64,000 nt of DNA, from assembly GCA_001662655.1 (NCBI GenBank), contig KV460206.1. The stretch is one strand, 5' to 3'. The stretch's first letter is position 1; each line of letters begins with the position of its first letter. Below the pieces are notes generated by a model. That model was not told the DNA's origin and did no database searches. It worked only from the letters and a program-made list of their open reading frames with translations. Shown here piece after piece: positions 59,074 through 64,000 of the stretch. Origin of the DNA: Pseudogymnoascus verrucosus (Eukaryota). Position numbers and translations under genes: made by a program.

Positions 59074-59534
59074 AACTTAGGAGCTTTTGATAGTTTGATA
59101 GCAATTCACTCCATGGCACAGTTTTGGTGTTTTCAAAGTAGCATAGATGTGCATACAGTACAACCCCACTGAGACTTGGTTGATAAGGCCAGATCGCACC
59201 GACTAATGGCATTGCTTTGTCAATAAGTGACAGGTATGGGTCTCGAGTACGCCGGCAACTGGGAAGCTAGCTATCTGCTAGAAATCTAAAAGTATGTGAT
59301 TCACTAACATATCGAACATCACAACGACGGATCGAAAATTCCTATACGTTCCTATACGTACTCTTAACCACGCGCTGTAGGATAAACTGCATGCTTCCTA
59401 AGATCACAACGCCGCCATATACTCACAATCGAATCGCAAGCAGCACCGTCCCATTCTCATAGCCTTTTCTCATCACCCACTACTCTCATTCTCCTCCTGC
59501 ATAAAGGGTATAATCGTCTTAATCCTACACGCAC

Positions 59535-61001
59535 TCAGCCACACTGCAGTTCAATTTCCTCCAACGGCCACTGCAACCATGGTCGCCATTCTTCATCCAA
59601 CTGGCCATAAATACGAGTTATCAATCTCCTACTATAGCTACTCATGTACCAGTTTACCTTTAGCGGTAGAAGCAATATGCAATAATGTGCTAGCAAAATA
59701 AGCGCGATCGGATGCCTCTGTTTCAAAAGATTCAAATATTCCTGTGAAACTCGCACCGGCCATACATGTAGTGCAACCCACAGTGAGTAGGTGTTTCGCG
59801 ACTGGGCCACCTGTGCCTTTGTAAACGCCCTGGAGAGAAGACGCAGAGTCGATAGTAAATGGGAGAAACTGCCCTCGACGTTCTCTATGTTTTGCGCCAT
59901 GTTAGAATTGATTAAATCGAAGAGTCCGCGGAGACGTCTATCATAATCTGACCTCTCGGGGCTTCGGTCTCGGAGATCGAGTTCCATCATCGCAGCTACA
60001 TTGGGTAAGCTTGCGACATATTGCGATACTGGCTTAAAGATGTCACAACTGCCACGGATAACATGCAGCCAGTCTGGGAGAGACTGGTCGTCCCGCCCTT
60101 GTACGAGTAGGAGGTCCTCATCGTGCTTATCCGCGGCAAAGCAGTGTATGATGAGGAGCTGCGTAAATGCCAGCAGCGCAAGGTAGTTGTTAATGTTTGC
60201 GTCCTTTATTTCAGAGCGGAATTCTGGTAACGCTATGTTCTGGTGATGTGCTGCTATTAGCTGGTACCGTTGCCCTTCGGAGGGGTTAAGAAATGCGAAA
60301 TGCAGTGCTGCGCAAGCTATAATGCCATGTTGTAAAAAGGCGTATTTGGCTGCTAGTTCTGGGACATCCGACTGCCAACAGGATATATTAATTGCACTAT
60401 CTCCAAGTTCGAAGCACGTGGAGCTCTGAAAATGCTCGAGGAGCCTGGAGTCTTCAGGAATGGCCACGGGAGATTCGCAGCTCAACGACGTGTCTAGTGT
60501 GCTGATTCCAGAAGTGGTGGTCTTGCTGCCGACAACTGAGTGTCGTTCTGGCTGGGACTGGGCTGTACGCGAATGGCGTACTATAAAGTATCTCAGCTGG
60601 TTGCCTCGAAAGAACGTCTGTAATTTAACCAGATAGCACTGAGTATCGCCCGCTACAACCCCACTATGCTCTGCGCTCCAGTGCATCTTCATGCGCTTGT
60701 CAGTGGCACAGAGATAATGGCATCCGATAACCACACAAGCGAGGCCACCTATCGTGGGTAAGAAAGGCACAGGGCCTTCGTTGGGTCCTGGAAGAATAAC
60801 ATATGCCGGGTCGGCAAGATCCAGCCCCTCAGCATATTTCATGAACTTCTGGCGGTTAGAGCGATATATCCTGTGGAGCTCTTTCAGGTGGCGGGAAATA
60901 GCCGATGGCTGGATTGCATATTGGCATTCCTTGCAAATTAAAACTCGGTGCTGTGGGAGGTAATGGAGCAGTTCAGTTGGCTCAGTTGGAGCGGCAGGCA
61001 T
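59535..61001 (-). CDS. Putative transcription factor: DUF3505-type Cys/His zinc-finger N-terminus + Upc2-like C-terminal domain
   Basis: LICKECQYAI..SAISRHL..LH, C..IGC.Y..MKMHW..EH, VKLQTFFRG..LRYF; C-terminal FLQHGIIACAALHFA, WP..VSQEYL.LL..RHP.ALILLAHY, W.PWLQWP. No Zn2Cys6 cluster. Confidence 0.8.
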   Translation of the reverse strand: MPAAPTEPTELLHYLPQHRVLICKECQYAIQPSAISRHLKELHRIYRSNRQKFMKYAEGLDLADPAYVILPGPNEGPVPFLPTIGGLACVVIGCHYLCATDKRMKMHWSAEHSGVVAGDTQCYLVKLQTFFRGNQLRYFIVRHSRTAQSQPERHSVVGSKTTTSGISTLDTSLSCESPVAIPEDSRLLEHFQSSTCFELGDSAINISCWQSDVPELAAKYAFLQHGIIACAALHFAFLNPSEGQRYQLIAAHHQNIALPEFRSEIKDANINNYLALLAFTQLLIIHCFAADKHDEDLLLVQGRDDQSLPDWLHVIRGSCDIFKPVSQYVASLPNVAAMMELDLRDRSPERSDYDRRLRGLFDLINSNMAQNIENVEGSFSHLLSTLRLLSRAFTKAQVAQSRNTYSLWVALHVWPVRVSQEYLNLLKQRHPIALILLAHYCILLLPLKVNWYMSSYSRRLITRIYGQLDEEWRPWLQWPLEEIELQCG

Positions 61002-61083
61002 GACGTTTACGCCGTAAACGATTGCAATGCCTTTTGGGAAATACGAGCAGCGGAATGAACAAGGCGCTCTTTTCAGAACGACG

Positions 61084-61357
61084 GGTGCCGTTCTAGATAA
61101 GTAGTGCAAAGCAAAAGTTCATCCACTTATTAAGGTGGCGATAAAGAAGCAAAAGCGACGGTGCCGTGCTCGATGCTTATTCGCGGTGTTGTTAGCTGCT
61201 CGCCTATGGAACCGTCGGTTTTGGTAGCTGTACTCCTCGGCCAATTAAAGATTTAGCTGAAATGCAGGAACGGCACCAGCCGTTCCCATGCTTTCTAAAC
61301 GAAAGGAAAACGAGGTTTCTCAAGGTTATATCCATTATTTGTTGGTGCCGTGCTCGA
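61084..61357. promoter_or_regulatory. GGTGCCGT motif repeated four times in a divergent promoter
   Basis: GGTGCCGTTC at 61084; GGTGCCGTGCTCGA at 61160 and 61344 (identical 14-mers); reverse copy inside the inverted repeat GGAACGGC-acca-GCCGTTCC at 61267-61286. Confidence 0.6.
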
Positions 61358-61714
61358 CCCTAAGTGGCTGTATTGGCCCTGCCACATCCCGCCAGGATTT
61401 GTATCCAGCGTGCCAGACCATAGTCAAGTGTCAAGGGCTTGTTGAAACCCATTTTTATATAGTTACCAATTTTCAGAAATGTCAGACAGTATTTCTAAGC
61501 CTGAGTGAAGGGTCAGTAGTTGTAAAGAGCTGCTCTTGCGCGTCCACCAGAGTCTGCGTCCTCGCAATATATAGTCGCTCCACCCTCCCTCCTCCGTTTT
61601 GGACATTTGGCAGACTAAAAATTTCAGATACATCCTCAAGATACTTGTTTCCCTTCCTTTTTCCTACTACTTCAATTTTCCGCGGGTAAACCTCCGACCG
61701 ACACTACCGATTAA

Positions 61715-62978
61715 TATGCATAACATAGTGATTCTCGGCGGAAACTGGGCTGGCGTTTCCACAGCACATTACCTCCTTCGACACGTGTTGCCTCTGCTGA
61801 GGAATGAGAAATCGCAATACATGGTTACGCTCGTATCCCCATCTACTCAGACCTTCTTCAATGTGGGAGCCCCGCGAGCTTTAGTATCGGAGAAAGTCGC
61901 GAACGCCAAGCCGTTCGCCTCCATCCTTGATGCTTTCAGCGAATACAAGTCTTCCGAGTTTACCTTTATCCAAGGCGAGGCGGTGGGAGTAGATGGGCCA
62001 GCCAAGACGGTGTCCCTCAAAAGCGTTGTGACGTCTGACAGGCAGTTGATTCGATACGACTCATTGGTAATTGCTACAGGGTCAACAAGTGTACGTAGAG
62101 TCTCACTTACTTCTCCCTCCGGTAGTTGCATACTAACCAAAGAACTTTTACAGGCCAGTCCACTATGGACATTGCACGGTGACCACAAAGTCACCCTTGC
62201 TGCATTTCAAGACATCAAAACGAGCCTGCCCTCCGCAAAAACAATCCTGATCGCCGGAGGCGGTCCCTCGGGCGTTGAAACAGCAGGCGAGATAGCCTAT
62301 CTATACAGAAACAAAGATATCACACTTCTGTCTGGAGGTATGCGTCTGCTACCAAGGTTTCAGAATGACAAGCCGGGAAAGAAGGCAGAGCAACAGCTGG
62401 CATCGCTGAACGTGCGAATATTGCATAATGTTCGCATCACATCGTCAAATACGGCCCATGGGGATGAAGTGTCGGTAGTTTTAAGCGACGGCACTGCCAG
62501 AACTGTGGACATGTTTATCGACGCAACGGGCGGCGCGCCAAATACCAGCTTCCTTCCAACAGCGTGGCTCGATGGCAGCAAACGTGTCGCAACGGACATG
62601 GGTACTCTTCGCAGCACCAAGGCTCCTGCTGGCGTTTACGCAATCGGCGATGCCGCATCGTATTCTAAAGGAACCGTCCCGGACGCCACTTGGGCAGTTC
62701 CCGCTTTAGGGTATTCTATCTGGTCAGATTTACACAGGGCTGCAACGAAAGACGGATCCCTAAAGGAAGATACCGTAGGAATGGCAACGTTGAAGGAGAA
62801 GAAATACAAGCAGTTTGAGAAAGATATGGGGATTGTTCCCGTGGGGCCGGAAGGTGGTGTTGGTGTACTCTTTGGGTGGAGTGTTCCGAGCTTTTTGGTT
62901 TGGCTGTTAAAGGCGAGGACTTTCACGTTAGACAAAGCAGCGGGATTAGCTAATGGGTCGGACTTTTTGAAGCCTTAA
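61715..62978 (+). CDS. AIF/AMID-like FAD-dependent pyridine nucleotide-disulfide oxidoreductase
   Basis: MHNIVILGGNWAG, YDSLVIATG, IAGGGPSGVETAGEI, VYAIGD; probable 63-nt intron at 62091-62153. Confidence 0.9.
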
Positions 62979-63748
62979 TAGAACTTAGAAGCTTAAAGAA
63001 TTGATACGAAATAAAGGTGACCAGGGTGCGCATTAACATTTTTGTGACCGCTTTCTACGTATGGGTTATTTTAGACCACTGCCTACCCCATTAAGTTTTT
63101 TTATGTTCTACCAAGGTGATCTTGATATGCTACCATCTATACTGGGCTGTTCTTTAGGTAATAGTGCAGCCCGACTTCGTCTTCGGGTTCTCTCAGCGGG
63201 CCTTTACAAGCAGCCAGGTTGCAAGTATTCTCAATTTAGTCGACAAAGCAATTACAATCGGAAAGGAAGAGTTTCGAGCGCCAGGGTATTTTCCTGTCAC
63301 CACAGAGCTGTTGCTGTCGTTTGTTTCCCACAGTTGGTCTCCAATATGGTGGAGAGTTCTTGTCACCGCAAGCCTGTTCTGTTTCTTGAAAGGAGACCCT
63401 TCCGACAACCCAACGCTCCTTCTCCTCGCCCTAGCATTATTATCACCCTGACATTGTCCTCATCAGTCTTATCCTCCTCTGTCTTCCTCTTTGCCCTCGA
63501 ATAATCCCTCGTTCGGCTCGTAACAAATGGGATCTGCGCACTCTCTGCGCTGTCATTTGGCCCTTCACATATGAGCAGGTCGCACGGTACTCACCACATC
63601 CAGAAGACCTGTGAACTACAAAGTTTTATGCCCATTGCCATTGTTTCTTCAATACCAGAATATAAATCTTGGAGCTTGGAGTATAGGTCTTAAACTTCTG
63701 AATAAGGAATCTGATGCTTGAGGTCTATGAGACATGCGCATTCGATAC

Positions 63749-64000
63749 GGGAAAGAACGACTGGCCAAGGTAAACGGGAAGGAGCGATCAAGGTAAACAG
63801 GAAGGAGCGATGAAGGCAAATAGGAAGGAGCGAGAGAGAGGAAGCAGGAAAGAGCGAGGTAAGAGACGAGGAAAGAGCGACCCATGGAAAGAGAGTGGGA
63901 AGGAAGGAGCAATGGGGCCCGTTGGGATTCGGGAAGGAGCGATCAAAATAAACAGGAAAGAGCAATCGGGGGAGATAGGAAAGAGCGAGGTAAAAGAAAA
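63749..64000 (+). repeat. Degenerate ~23-bp purine-rich minisatellite (core GGAAR-GAGCRA)
   Basis: Units such as ggaaggagcgatcaaggtaaaca, ggaaggagcgatgaaggcaaata, ggaaagagcgaggtaagagacga, ggaaggagcgatcaaaataaaca; runs to the window edge. Confidence 0.7.

Noticed and set aside
63061..63650. ORFs downstream of the AIF-like gene
   Set aside because: No recognisable product on either strand; possibly degraded sequence.
63749..64000. CRISPR-like repeat/spacer array
   Set aside because: Eukaryotic context; cores are too short and degenerate, linkers resemble each other, and there are no cas genes.

Overview
Gene-dense 64 kb window of a filamentous ascomycete genome (GT-AG introns with CTRAC/CTAAC branch points; degenerate RPB1 CTD; Leotiomycete/Pseudogymnoascus-like is my inference only). 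Housekeeping genes (RPB1, GPI2, annexin, PAH1/lipin, DPP3, an FN3/coiled-coil protein) flank accessory blocks. The most striking feature is an intact 9-exon cytochrome P450nor (CYP55, NO reductase; 27486-29229) and an intact intronless copper nitrite reductase NirK (33631-35091) on the same strand about 4.4 kb apart, which together encode nitrite -> NO -> N2O. P450nor has two perfect NirA-type boxes upstream and an in-frame upstream AUG adding a mitochondrial-type presequence. The only recognisable features between the two genes are an intron-containing tRNA-Glu(CUC) and a decayed GH7 cellobiohydrolase fused to a pectin lyase tail. Other items: an exo-type GH74 + GH2 beta-galactosidase pair, a pirin/MDR/hemerythrin redox block, a DUF3505-type regulator divergent from an AIF/AMID oxidoreductase with a GGTGCCGT motif repeated in the shared promoter, RIP-like relics, an SDR relic and a ~23-bp minisatellite at the right edge. 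All family calls are from motif recognition; no database searches were run.
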